Source: Haloferax volcanii DS2 (GTDB lineage: Archaea; Halobacteriota; Halobacteria; Halobacteriales; Haloferacaceae). Taken from it: a stretch of DNA of 32,000 nucleotides. Below the pieces are notes generated by a model. It did no database searches. It was not told where the DNA came from and saw only the letters and a list, made by a program, of their open reading frames with translations. The stretch spans positions 1,860,001 through 1,892,000 of the forward strand of contig NC_013967.1 in assembly GCF_000025685.1 (NCBI RefSeq), written 5' to 3'. The position numbers and the translations under genes were made by a program. Within the stretch, counting starts at the first letter, position 1; every line of letters begins with the position of its first letter. Below, piece by piece: positions 8,835 through 18,048 of this stretch.

Positions 8835-10061
8835 TCACTCGGCGTTCTCATCGAGCGCGGCGCACACTCGGGTTCGAACGTCGGCGGGACTCGCCGCCGA
8901 CGCGTCGCGCCGGGCCATCCGTCCGGTGACGAGGTCGAGGAGGTCGAGCGCGGTCAGCGCCTCACGGACCTCGGCGCGGTCGAGTCCGAGGCGACGCTCG
9001 ACTTCGTACAGCGTCTTCGCGCCCGCGACTGCCGCACACACGTCCGCCGTCGAGCAGTCGAGCGAGGACAGCGACGCGGGAAGCGACGGGAGGTCGGTCG
9101 CGGTCGGCGACTCCTCGGTCGTCCCGCTCGTCTCGTCGGCGTCGAGCGCGACCGACTCGGCGTCCGCGTCGGCGTCCGGGGCCGCGTTCGATTCCGGTTT
9201 GGGAGACGGTTCGGGAGCCGGTTCGGACTCGGTCGCGTCCTCCGCGTCGGCAACGCTCGGCTCCGAGTTCCGCACTTCGTCGTCGCCGTCGCTCGTTCCG
9301 CCCGAAGACGCCGGTTCGGACGACGGGCCGTAGCTATCCGGCTCGTGAATCCCGCGTTGAATCATCTGGTTGCGGACGGTCTGTGGGGTCACGTCGACGC
9401 CGAGGGCGTCGGTCATCTCCTTGAACGTCTCGCAGGTCTCGTAGGCCTCCCGAAGCCGAACCGGGTCGTGATGGGCCGGTACCGTCTCGGGTTCAGTCTT
9501 CGCGTCTGCGTCCGCGCCCGTCGCTGTCTTTCGGCTGGCGTCCGCGTCCGCCCCCGCGGCCGCCTCGCCGGCGTCGTCGGCCGATTCCGCTGCGGCCCGG
9601 TCGCGCTCCGGCGCTCCGTCTTTCACCGTCGGGACCGCGGACTCCATCGTCGGCGGCGACGCGCCGGGGGTGACGGGTGGGTCGACCGACGAGTTGCGCG
9701 TCCCGGACCCGTCGGTTCGGGCGACCGGCGACGCAGTCGGTTCGGGGTCGTCCTCGCCGGCGCGTCCGGACGACATCGGTTCCGGTTCGGCGGCTCCGCT
9801 CTCCGGGGGCGCGAGCGTCACGTCGAGTTCGAGTCGAAGCAGGCCGTCGGTAACCGCCGCCGCGGGTGACGACACGCGGAGTCGGTTCGGGTCCACCGCG
9901 CACTCGGATGCGAGGTCGTACTCGACGGTGGCGGAAGCCGAGACACTCGCCGCGGTCGAATCGCCTCCGCTCGCCAGTTCGACCCCGATAACCGCGCCCG
10001 TCATCTCCGTCAACTGTTCGAGAACCGCCGTGAGTTCTCGGACGTTTCTGACCACTTCCAT
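8835..10061 (-). CDS. acidic hypothetical protein with two HTH-like segments
   Basis: 408 aa. Long D/E/A/S/P low-complexity linkers. The segments FKEMTDALGVDVTPQTVRNQMIQRG and LYEVERRLGLDRAEVREALTALD look like helix-turn-helix. Confidence 0.65.
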   Translation of the reverse strand: MEVVRNVRELTAVLEQLTEMTGAVIGVELASGGDSTAASVSASATVEYDLASECAVDPNRLRVSSPAAAVTDGLLRLELDVTLAPPESGAAEPEPMSSGRAGEDDPEPTASPVARTDGSGTRNSSVDPPVTPGASPPTMESAVPTVKDGAPERDRAAAESADDAGEAAAGADADASRKTATGADADAKTEPETVPAHHDPVRLREAYETCETFKEMTDALGVDVTPQTVRNQMIQRGIHEPDSYGPSSEPASSGGTSDGDDEVRNSEPSVADAEDATESEPAPEPSPKPESNAAPDADADAESVALDADETSGTTEESPTATDLPSLPASLSSLDCSTADVCAAVAGAKTLYEVERRLGLDRAEVREALTALDLLDLVTGRMARRDASAASPADVRTRVCAALDENAE

Positions 10062-10300
10062 ATGTGTGTGTCAACTGTCCCACACCGGATATAATTTCTT
10101 GCCGCCCACATCATCTAGTAATATATATTCTATACAGGCGTCTATTCCCTCGGTTCCCGGTGTCGCGGGCGGTCCGTGCCCGTCGTCGCCCCGTTCGGCC
10201 GCCGCCGTAGCTGTTTTTATCGTTGTGCCGTGATACCACGGATGTAATGGACGTGTCTCCGCTCCACGGCATCGCTCCGTTCAGCACGGGACAGCGTGCG

Positions 10301-11404
10301 ATGCGAATTCTGCTGGTCGACGATGACGAAGCGATGGTGGATCTGTCCGCGACCTTCCTCGAACGCGAACCCGACGATGCCGAGACGGAGACGTACACCG
10401 ACCCGGAGTCGGCGCTCGACGAACTCACAGACGGAGAGTACGACTGCGTCGTGAGCGACTACGACATGCCGGGGATGGACGGGCTCGAACTGCTGACGGC
10501 GGCGCGCGAGCGGTCCATCGAGATTCCCTTCGTCCTCTTTACCGGCAAGGGGAGCGAGGAGATTGCGAGCCGTGCCATCTCCGCCGGCGTCGACGAGTAC
10601 CTCCAGAAGGGCGGTCCCGAGGAGTACCCGGTGTTGGCGAACAAGGTCTCGAACCTCGTCGAGAAGTACTGGGCCGAGACGCACATGCGACGCGGCTTTC
10701 TCGCCATCGAATCTGCCGAGGAGGGAATCGGCATCATCGACGACGACGGCGTCTACCAGTACCTCAACGAGGCGTACGCCGCGCTCTACAACCGCGACCG
10801 GTCCGAACTCATCGGTGAGCACTGGGACATCCTCTACCCGGCCGACGAGGCGCGACGCTTCCACGACGAAATCCTCCCGCAGCTCGAATCAGAGGGGTCG
10901 TGGCGGGGGCTTTCGACCGGTATCACCAAAGACGGCGAAGCCGTCCCCGAGCGCCTCGTGCTGACGCAGATGGACGACGGGGGCCACGTCTGCATCGTCC
11001 AAGAGCTCACCGAGGTCGACGCGCTGCGGGCGGAAGCCGAGCTGAAAGGCCGGGTGCTCGACGCCGTCGAAGTCGCCATCGTCGTCATCGACCCCTCGCG
11101 GCCTGACAACCCCATCGTCTATCTCAACGCGGCGTTCGAGACGCTCACGGGCTACGACGCCGAGTCGGTGACGGGGCGCAGCTACCGGTTCCTCTGTGGT
11201 CCCGAGACGGACCCGGAGACGGTCGCCGAGGTTCGGCGGGCCGGCGACGCCGGCGAGTCGATTTCGACCGAGATTCGCAACTACGACGCCCACGGCGACC
11301 CCTTCGTGAGCCGCCTCGATATCCGTCCCGTCCGGGACGACAACGGTGCGCTCGACTGTTCGATCCGCTTTCATCGTCCGGCCGACGACGCGGGGTCGTC
11401 CTGA
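10301..11404 (+). CDS. response regulator: receiver domain + two PAS domains (second is LOV-like)
   Basis: MRILLVDDDE...DCVVSDYDMPGMDGLELL...LFTGKGSEE...DEYLQKG is a canonical REC domain. PAS-like blocks follow. The last one, NPIVYLNAAFETLTGY...GRSYRFLCGPETD, aligns to the LOV core. Start moved to ATG 10301. Confidence 0.85.
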   Translation: MRILLVDDDEAMVDLSATFLEREPDDAETETYTDPESALDELTDGEYDCVVSDYDMPGMDGLELLTAARERSIEIPFVLFTGKGSEEIASRAISAGVDEYLQKGGPEEYPVLANKVSNLVEKYWAETHMRRGFLAIESAEEGIGIIDDDGVYQYLNEAYAALYNRDRSELIGEHWDILYPADEARRFHDEILPQLESEGSWRGLSTGITKDGEAVPERLVLTQMDDGGHVCIVQELTEVDALRAEAELKGRVLDAVEVAIVVIDPSRPDNPIVYLNAAFETLTGYDAESVTGRSYRFLCGPETDPETVAEVRRAGDAGESISTEIRNYDAHGDPFVSRLDIRPVRDDNGALDCSIRFHRPADDAGSS

Positions 11405-11506
11405 CGCGGCGGCCGATGGCTGTCGGCACCCAGATACTGGAAACGGTGGGGTGTCCGTCCCCGGTGTGAGTAAGAACTATGCTCGCGGCGGGTATCAGCC
11501 GCGACC

Positions 11507-11686
11507 GTGTCGGCCCACGTTCGACTCTATCAGGTCCTCGCCCTCTCCGCGTTCGGCTTCGCGACGTACCGGTGGTTCGATGACTCGCCGCTCGTCGCGG
11601 CCGGCTGGACCGCCGTCGGGCTGTGGTATCTGTACGCGCTCCGGTTCGGACCAGACCGCATCGACGAGTATGCCGTGGATACGTAA
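11507..11686 (+). CDS. possible 59-aa two-helix membrane peptide (weak call)
   Basis: GTG ORF I translated by hand: VSAHVRLYQVLALSAFGFATYRWFDDSPLVAAGWTAVGLWYLYALRFGPDRIDEYAVDT. High GC3. Below the 60-aa cut-off of the ORF track. Confidence 0.3.
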   Translation: MSAHVRLYQVLALSAFGFATYRWFDDSPLVAAGWTAVGLWYLYALRFGPDRIDEYAVDT

Positions 11687-11716
11687 CAAAAAGACGGACC
11701 GGCTGCGTCCGGGCTG

Positions 11717-12112
11717 TTATTCGTCCGAAGCGCGCTTGAAGAACGCCAGCGCCGCGCCGAACAGCGTCAGGTTCTGGAGGAACGACGTGAGCTCCTCGTC
11801 GCGGGCGTCGTCGTCGACGGCCCAGAAGTCGTGCATCGTCGGCGTGACGCCGGCGAAGAACGCCGCGATGCTCGCGGAGGCGAGTCGGGGAAGCTTCCAG
11901 AACCCGACGCCGAGGCTCCCGCCGAGAAGCAGGCCGGTCGCCGCGGGAACGAGTCGGTCCGCCTCGGGGACGCCTTTCGCCTCCGCGTAGGCGATGCGGC
12001 CGTCGAGGTCGGTCAGGTTGCGAATCGCCAGAATCGCGAGGCCGCTCGCGAAGAGGGCGCGGGCGAGCCGGGATGGCGTGCTGCGTTCGGATTCGTCGGT
12101 GTCTGTCATCAC
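11717..12112 (-). CDS. DoxX-family membrane protein
   Basis: 131 aa with 3-4 TM helices. The pattern AFFAGVTPTMHDFW...FLQNLTLFGAALAF fits DoxX. Confidence 0.6.
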   Translation of the reverse strand: MMTDTDESERSTPSRLARALFASGLAILAIRNLTDLDGRIAYAEAKGVPEADRLVPAATGLLLGGSLGVGFWKLPRLASASIAAFFAGVTPTMHDFWAVDDDARDEELTSFLQNLTLFGAALAFFKRASDE

Positions 12113-12298
12113 CGTTTGAAAGCGGATTGCTAATTATAAGCGCTCTGGTTACAGACCGCCCGGTACGCTTTTCATCGTTCTGCGCTCCGTCCGCCGACTT
12201 CGGCCGCTCTCGCGTCGCGGACTCCGCGGGCGCGCACTGCTGCGTCGGCTTCGCCCGGCACCACCATTATGTTCTCTTGGCGTCATCTACCACCGCGT

Positions 12299-14488
12299 AT
12301 GGACTCATCTCGTGACGCGCCGCGTTCACTCTCGAAACCGGCGTCTATCGCCGTTCTCTACGTCGGCGGCGGTTGCGACTTCGCGGCGCGCTTGGAACGC
12401 GAGCGCGAGCGCTTTACGGTCCATACCGAGTCGGACCCGCGGGCCGCACTCGACCGGATTCGGGGCGGTGACGCGGCGTTCGACTGCGTCGTCTGCGACT
12501 AAGACCTGCCCGCCCTCGGCGGTCTCGACGTGCTGGACCGCGTCCGCGCCGAGTTCCCCGAACTACCGTTTATCCTCGTTACCGAACAGAGCGACGACGA
12601 GGTCGCGAACGAGGCGATTTCGGCGGGCGCGACCGACCACTTTCGCAAGCGCGACGACGCGGCCCGACACCAACTCCTCGCCGCCCGCATCGAGAACGCC
12701 GCCGAGCGCGCCCGAACCTCGCGAGCGCTCGAATGGGGGCTCACGGCCGTCGAGACCGCGCGCGACGCCGTCTGCATCCTCGACGAAGACGGGACGGTCG
12801 AGTACGCGAACGCGGCCTCTGCGACGCTGTTGGGCTCCGACCGCGAGGGCCTCGTCGGTCGCAGGTGGGGGTCGTTCGTCCCCGACGACGAACTGCAACC
12901 GACCCGCGACGCGATACTGTCCGAAGCCCGCGAGGGGCGCTGGTCGGGCCGGTCGTCGCTCGTCCGCGGGGACGGCGACCGCATCGAGGTGGAGCACACG
13001 CTCACGTCCACGAGCGACGGGTCGCTCGTCTGGACGGCGTCGCGCAGCGACACGCTCGAAGAGCGCCTGTCGCGTCGGGAGCGGGCGATGGACGAAGCGC
13101 CAATCGGCATCGTGCTCACCGACCCCAGCCAAACCGACAACCCCATCGTCTACGTCAACGACGAGTTCACCGCCCTCACCGGGTACAGCCGCGACGAGGT
13201 CCTGGGGCGGAACTGTCGGTTCTTGCAGGGCGAAGCGACCGACGAGGACGCCGTCGCCGAACTGCGGGCGGCGGTCGACGAGCGCGAGGCCGTGACGACC
13301 GAGCTACTGAACTACCGCAAGGACGGCACCGAGTTCTGGAACCGCGTGCGCATCGCGCCCCTGTTCGACGACGACGGCGTAATCGACTTCTTCGTCGGCT
13401 TTCAGGACGACATCACGCCGCGGAAGACGTGCGAGGAGCTCTTGCGGTCGAACACCGCGCGGCTCGAAGCCCTGTCCGAACACTCACCAGACCTCGTCGT
13501 CGTCCACACCGACGACGGCAGCATCCGAGACGTGAACCAACGGATGTGCGAGGAGTTGGGGTACAGCGAGGCGGAACTCGTCGGCAAGACCGTCTGGGAG
13601 CTCGACCCCACGTCCGAACCGGAGCGGTCGCGGTCGTTCTGGGCCGGCCTGCCGCCGAACGAACCCACCCGGTTCGAAGGTGCGCTCGAACGCCGCGACG
13701 GCACGACGTTCCCGACCGAAGTGCATCTCATCGAACTCAACGTCGACGGCGAGGACCTGTTCGTCGCGATGATTCGAGACATCAGCGAGCAGAAGCAACG
13801 GGAGGCCGAACTCGTCGAGCAAAACGAGCGACTCGACCGCTTTGCGAGCGTCGTGAGCCACGACCTCCGCAACCCGCTGCAAGTCGCGATGGGTCGGCTC
13901 GAACTGCTCGCAGACGACTGCGACAGCGACCACATCGACGATATCAGCCGGGCGCTGGACCGCATGGACGACCTCATCAGCGACCTGCTCGTCCTCGCCC
14001 ACGACGGGAACGACGCCATGGATATCCAATCGGTCGCGCTGTCCGACCTCGCGCGGACGTGCTGGCAGAACGTGATGACCGGCGACGCCACGCTCACCGT
14101 CGAGACCGAACTGGGCCTCGACGCCAACCCCGAGCAACTCCAACAACTCCTCGAAAATCTGTTTCGGAACGCCGTCGAGCACGGCTCGACGGGCAACCAG
14201 ACCGCGTCTGGTGACGCCGTTGAGCACGGCTCCGGCGACGGCGGCGTGGCCGTCACCGCCGGCGAGACCGACCGCGGGTTCTACGTCGAAGACGACGGCG
14301 TGGGCATCGACCCAGAGGACCGCGACACCGTGTTCGAGGCCGGCTACACCACGTCGGCGCAGGGGACCCGCTTCGGCCTGAACATCGTCTCGCAGATAGC
14401 GGCCGCACACGACTGGGAGGTGGGGTCACGGAGGGCACCGAGGGCGGTGCGCGGTTCGAGTTCCGCGTCGAGTGAGCGACCGACTTAG
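12299..14488 (+). pseudogene. hybrid sensor histidine kinase (degenerate REC - PAS - LOV - PAS - HisKA - HATPase) with in-frame TAA and a 3-prime frameshift
   Basis: ORFs 12269..12502 and 12530..14488 are in the same frame and are separated only by TAA at 12500-12502, inside a receiver domain (DCVVCD*DLPALGGLDVL). The motifs GRNCRFLQG (LOV), SHDLRNPL (H-box), NLFRNAVEH (N-box), DDGVGI (G1) and GTRFGL (G2) are present. The expected C-terminus VTEGTEGGARFEFRVE* is in the +1 frame after the G-run at 14422-14425. Confidence 0.75.
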
Positions 14489-14946
14489 GCGTCGTCGTCC
14501 CCGAGGTCGAACTGCTCGTTCTCGGAGACCGCGTTGAGGACGACGCTCGTGTTCGACTCGCGAATCGGTGCCTCGCTCAACAGCGCCTTGATTTGGCGGT
14601 TCATGTCGTCGGTGTTCTTGAACTTCCCGACCGCGAGCACGTCGTAGTCGCCGGTGACCTCGTACACCGAGACCATCTGCGGTTCGTCTGCGAGCAGTTC
14701 GGTGACTTCCGCGAGGGCGCTGCCCTCGACTTTGAGGTGCATGACCGCGGTCACGTCGTAGCCGAGCGCGTCGTAGTCGACGCGGGGCGTGTAGCCCTCG
14801 ATGATGCCCTCGTCTTCGAGGTCTCGCAGGTGATTCGAGACGGTCGTCACCGACACGTCGAGCTCTTCGGCGAGGCTCCGAAGGCTGCGTCGCCCGTCTT
14901 CGAGGAGTGCGTTGATGAGGTCGGAATCGAGGTTCTCGTAGGTCAT
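14485..14946 (-). CDS. Lrp/AsnC family transcriptional regulator
   Basis: 153 aa. The N-terminal [47 protein letters not shown] plus a C-terminal RAM/AsnC-type domain ([10 protein letters not shown]) match the family. Confidence 0.9.
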   Translation of the reverse strand: MTYENLDSDLINALLEDGRRSLRSLAEELDVSVTTVSNHLRDLEDEGIIEGYTPRVDYDALGYDVTAVMHLKVEGSALAEVTELLADEPQMVSVYEVTGDYDVLAVGKFKNTDDMNRQIKALLSEAPIRESNTSVVLNAVSENEQFDLGDDDA

Positions 14947-14993
14947 CTTCGGGAATTTTGCGTGTGATTGTGATTAATCTCCCGGTCTAAATT

Positions 14994-15012
14994 GACGATT
15001 CGGTGAATCGTC
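14994..15012. promoter_or_regulatory. palindrome GACGATTC-GGT-GAATCGTC in the divergent lrp / ABC promoter region
   Basis: Perfect 8-bp inverted arms with a 3-nt spacer, about 50 nt upstream of the Lrp/AsnC start codon. Candidate autoregulatory operator. Confidence 0.3.
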
Positions 15013-15178
15013 GCCCAGTGGCGTCCGGAAACTAGGTCGAACGTGACGGTCGAAGCGCGTTTGTCGTGCGGCCGCCTCGTCGCACCCGGCCGTTTTCGAG
15101 CGGACGTGCGATAAACGAATATCTCACACTTTCCTCTCACCCGTTCACAATATGAAAATAGCGAATAATTATTTATGT

Positions 15179-15194
15179 TACTCAGGACTGAGTG
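15179..15194 (+). promoter_or_regulatory. TACT-N7-GAGTG element (TrmB-type operator candidate)
   Basis: TACTCAGGACTGAGTG lies between the A/T-rich box AATAATTATTTATG (15163-15177) and the ATG at 15211. From memory, the TACT-N7-8-GAGTA motif was reported for Halobacterium TrmB, and this matches it. Confidence 0.4.
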
Positions 15195-15210
15195 AGTCTG
15201 AGGAAACACA

Positions 15211-16422
15211 ATGGCAGCAAGGGACACTGGAAACGGAGATGCGGCAGACGAGACGACTCGGGAGACACGACGCGGCATCGAGCGGCGCGACGTTCTCAAA
15301 TCGGGAATCAGCCTCGCGGCGATAGCTGGGGTCGCGGGCTGTCTCGGGGGCGGGTCGGACGACGAGACCACCACGACGACCGCCGCGGACGACGGCGGCG
15401 GCGACCCGGAGACCACCGGCGAGACGACCGAAAGCGGCGGGTCGGAGGGTGAGACGACGAACGTCGCAATCGTCTCCAGTCCGGCCGGCTTCGGTGACCA
15501 AGCGTTCAACGACCTCGCGCTGCAAGGGCTTCAGACGGCGGCCGAGGAGTACGACATCGAGATTCAGCAGGTCGAGGAGACGAACCAGTCGAACTACCAG
15601 ACGGTTCAGTCTCGACTCGCCGAGAGCACGAACCCCGACTACGACCTCGTCGTACTGGTCAGCTACAACCACACGCAGGCGCTCCAGACGAACGCCGAGG
15701 CGTACCCGGACCAGAACTGGATGTTGATTAACGACTCCATCGACCAGCCGAACGTCGCGGGGTACACGTGGGCGAACCACCAGATGTCGTTCCAGGCGGG
15801 CGTGCTGGCGGGGACGATGACGACCCGCGAACTCCCCTACGAGGGGAACTCGCTCGACCCGGACTCGTCGACCGTCGGGTTCGTCGGCGGCGTCGACGGC
15901 TCGCTCATCAACGCCTTCGAGCGCTCCTACCGGGCGGGCGTCGAGTGGGTCGACGAGAACCTCGACGTCACCGTCGGCTACATCGGGAACTACACGGACA
16001 CGCAGACCGCCAACAACATCGCCACCTCGCAGTACGACGCCGGCGCGGACATCGTCTACCACGCGGCGGCGGCGGCGGGACAGGGCGTCTTCCAGGCGGC
16101 GCAGGACGCAAATCGCTTCGCCATCGGCGTCGACGCGGACCAGTCCGTCACGCTCCCCGAGTACCAAGACGTCATCATGGGCTCTGCGGTGAAGTACATC
16201 AACGAGGGGACCTACGAGGTCGCGGAGGCCACCGTGCAGGACAACTGGTCGGCGGTGCAGGGCTCGAACATCCTCGGTCTCGAAGAGGAGGCCGTCCGCG
16301 TCGTCTTAGGGCAGGCGGTCGGCGACGAGCTTCCGGACGTGGTCACGGAGAACCTCGAAGCGGCGAGAGAGGCCATCATCAACGGCGACGTCACCGTGCC
16401 GTGTAGCGCCAGCGGCTGCTAG
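15211..16422 (+). CDS. BMP-family (PnrA/Med-like) ABC transporter substrate-binding lipoprotein
   Basis: Tat signal plus lipobox (RRGIERRDVLKSGISLAAIAGVAGC), a Thr/Asp/Gly-rich linker, then a BMP-like body (GFGDQAFNDLALQGL..., AIGVDADQS). Confidence 0.85.
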   Translation: MAARDTGNGDAADETTRETRRGIERRDVLKSGISLAAIAGVAGCLGGGSDDETTTTTAADDGGGDPETTGETTESGGSEGETTNVAIVSSPAGFGDQAFNDLALQGLQTAAEEYDIEIQQVEETNQSNYQTVQSRLAESTNPDYDLVVLVSYNHTQALQTNAEAYPDQNWMLINDSIDQPNVAGYTWANHQMSFQAGVLAGTMTTRELPYEGNSLDPDSSTVGFVGGVDGSLINAFERSYRAGVEWVDENLDVTVGYIGNYTDTQTANNIATSQYDAGADIVYHAAAAAGQGVFQAAQDANRFAIGVDADQSVTLPEYQDVIMGSAVKYINEGTYEVAEATVQDNWSAVQGSNILGLEEEAVRVVLGQAVGDELPDVVTENLEAAREAIINGDVTVPCSASGC

Positions 16423-16479
16423 CGACGCAGCCATGGCACCACCTCGCAGGCTTTTTCGAGATAGCGTAGACTCCAACCC

Positions 16480-18048
16480 ATGACAGACACGACCGCACCA
16501 GCAGTTCAGCTCACGGACATCACGAAACGCTTCGGCGACGTCGTCGCCAACGACAGCGTCGACCTCACCCTCGACCGCGGGTCGATTCACGCCGTCATCG
16601 GTGAGAACGGCGCGGGTAAGACGACGCTGATGAACGTCCTGTACGGCCTGTACGACCCGAACGAGGGGACCATGGCCGTCGACGGCGAACCCCGTTCGTT
16701 CGACTCCCCCAGGGACGCCATCGCGGCGGGCATCGGGATGATTCACCAGCACTTCCAGCTCGTCGACAACATGACCGTCCTCCAGAACATCGTGCTCGGT
16801 CACGAGCCCTCGACGCGGGGCCTCGTCGACGAGCAGGCGGCCCGTCGTCGCATCACCGACATCTGCGACACCTACGGCTTCTCCGTCGACGAGCACCTCG
16901 ACACGCCAATCGAAGAGCTCGGACTCGGCATCCAACAGCACGTCGAAATCGTCAAGAGCCTCTATCGAGGTGCCGACACGCTCATCCTCGACGAGCCGAC
17001 GGCCGTGTTGACGCCCCAAGAAGTCGAGGGGCTGTTCGACGTGATGGAGGCGCTCACCGCCGACGGGCGGTCGCTCATCTTCATCACCCACAAGCTGGAC
17101 GAAGCGATGCACGCCGCCGACGACATCACCGTCCTCAGAGACGGGAGCGCAGTCGGGACGGTCGACGCGGCGGCGACCTCGCAGAACGAACTCGCCCGCA
17201 TGATGGTCGGCCGAGAGGTGCTGTTCGACGTCGACTCGCGGGGCGGAACCCCCGGCGAGGTCGCGCTCACCGTCGACGGCGTGACCGTGCGCGACGAGCG
17301 CGGGCTCGAACAGGTCCGCGACGTGAGCCTCTCGGTTCGGGAAGGAGAGATTCTCGGCATCGCCGGCGTCGAGGGCAACGGCCAACAGGAGCTCATCGAG
17401 GCCATCACCGGGATGCGAACCCCGGAGCGGGGCACGGTCTCGCTCCAAGGGCGCGACATCACCGAGCTGTCCCGTCGTCGCCGCATCGAAGACGGCGTCT
17501 CGTACGTCCCCGGCGACCGGCTCGAAGAAGGCCTCGTCCAGGACTACTCGCTCGTCAGGAACGCGCTTTTGAGCAATCAGACGATGGACGCCTTTTCGGA
17601 CGGGCTCTTCCTCGACTGGCAGCGAATCGGTGACCACGCCGACGAGATAATCGAAGCGTACGACGTGCGCCCGCGGAACCCCGAGGCGACCGCGAAATCG
17701 CTCTCGGGCGGCAACCAACAGAAGTTCATCGTCGGCCGCGAACTCGAACGCGACCCGTCGGTGCTCGTCGCGGCCCATCCGACCCGCGGCGTCGACATCG
17801 GCTCTATCGAGTTCATCCACCAGCGGTTCCAGGACATGCGGGCGGAGGGCGTCGCCATCCTCCTCGTCTCGTCGAAGCTCGACGAGGTTCAGAAGCTCTC
17901 TGACCGCACGGCAGTCATGTACGAGGGGTCGGTCGTCGACACCGTCGACCCCGACGACGTGACCGAAGAGGAACTCGGCCTGCTGATGGCAGGCCGGGCT
18001 CGGGACGGCACCGAACGCGCGGCGCGCGGCGCGGAGGGTGACGCGTGA
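16480..18048 (+). CDS. ABC transporter ATP-binding protein (tandem ATPase domains)
   Basis: Walker A GENGAGKTT, Walker B LILDEPT, and a second cassette with the signature LSGGNQQK. 522 aa, typical of BMP/sugar-type importers. Confidence 0.9.
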   Translation: MTDTTAPAVQLTDITKRFGDVVANDSVDLTLDRGSIHAVIGENGAGKTTLMNVLYGLYDPNEGTMAVDGEPRSFDSPRDAIAAGIGMIHQHFQLVDNMTVLQNIVLGHEPSTRGLVDEQAARRRITDICDTYGFSVDEHLDTPIEELGLGIQQHVEIVKSLYRGADTLILDEPTAVLTPQEVEGLFDVMEALTADGRSLIFITHKLDEAMHAADDITVLRDGSAVGTVDAAATSQNELARMMVGREVLFDVDSRGGTPGEVALTVDGVTVRDERGLEQVRDVSLSVREGEILGIAGVEGNGQQELIEAITGMRTPERGTVSLQGRDITELSRRRRIEDGVSYVPGDRLEEGLVQDYSLVRNALLSNQTMDAFSDGLFLDWQRIGDHADEIIEAYDVRPRNPEATAKSLSGGNQQKFIVGRELERDPSVLVAAHPTRGVDIGSIEFIHQRFQDMRAEGVAILLVSSKLDEVQKLSDRTAVMYEGSVVDTVDPDDVTEEELGLLMAGRARDGTERAARGAEGDA

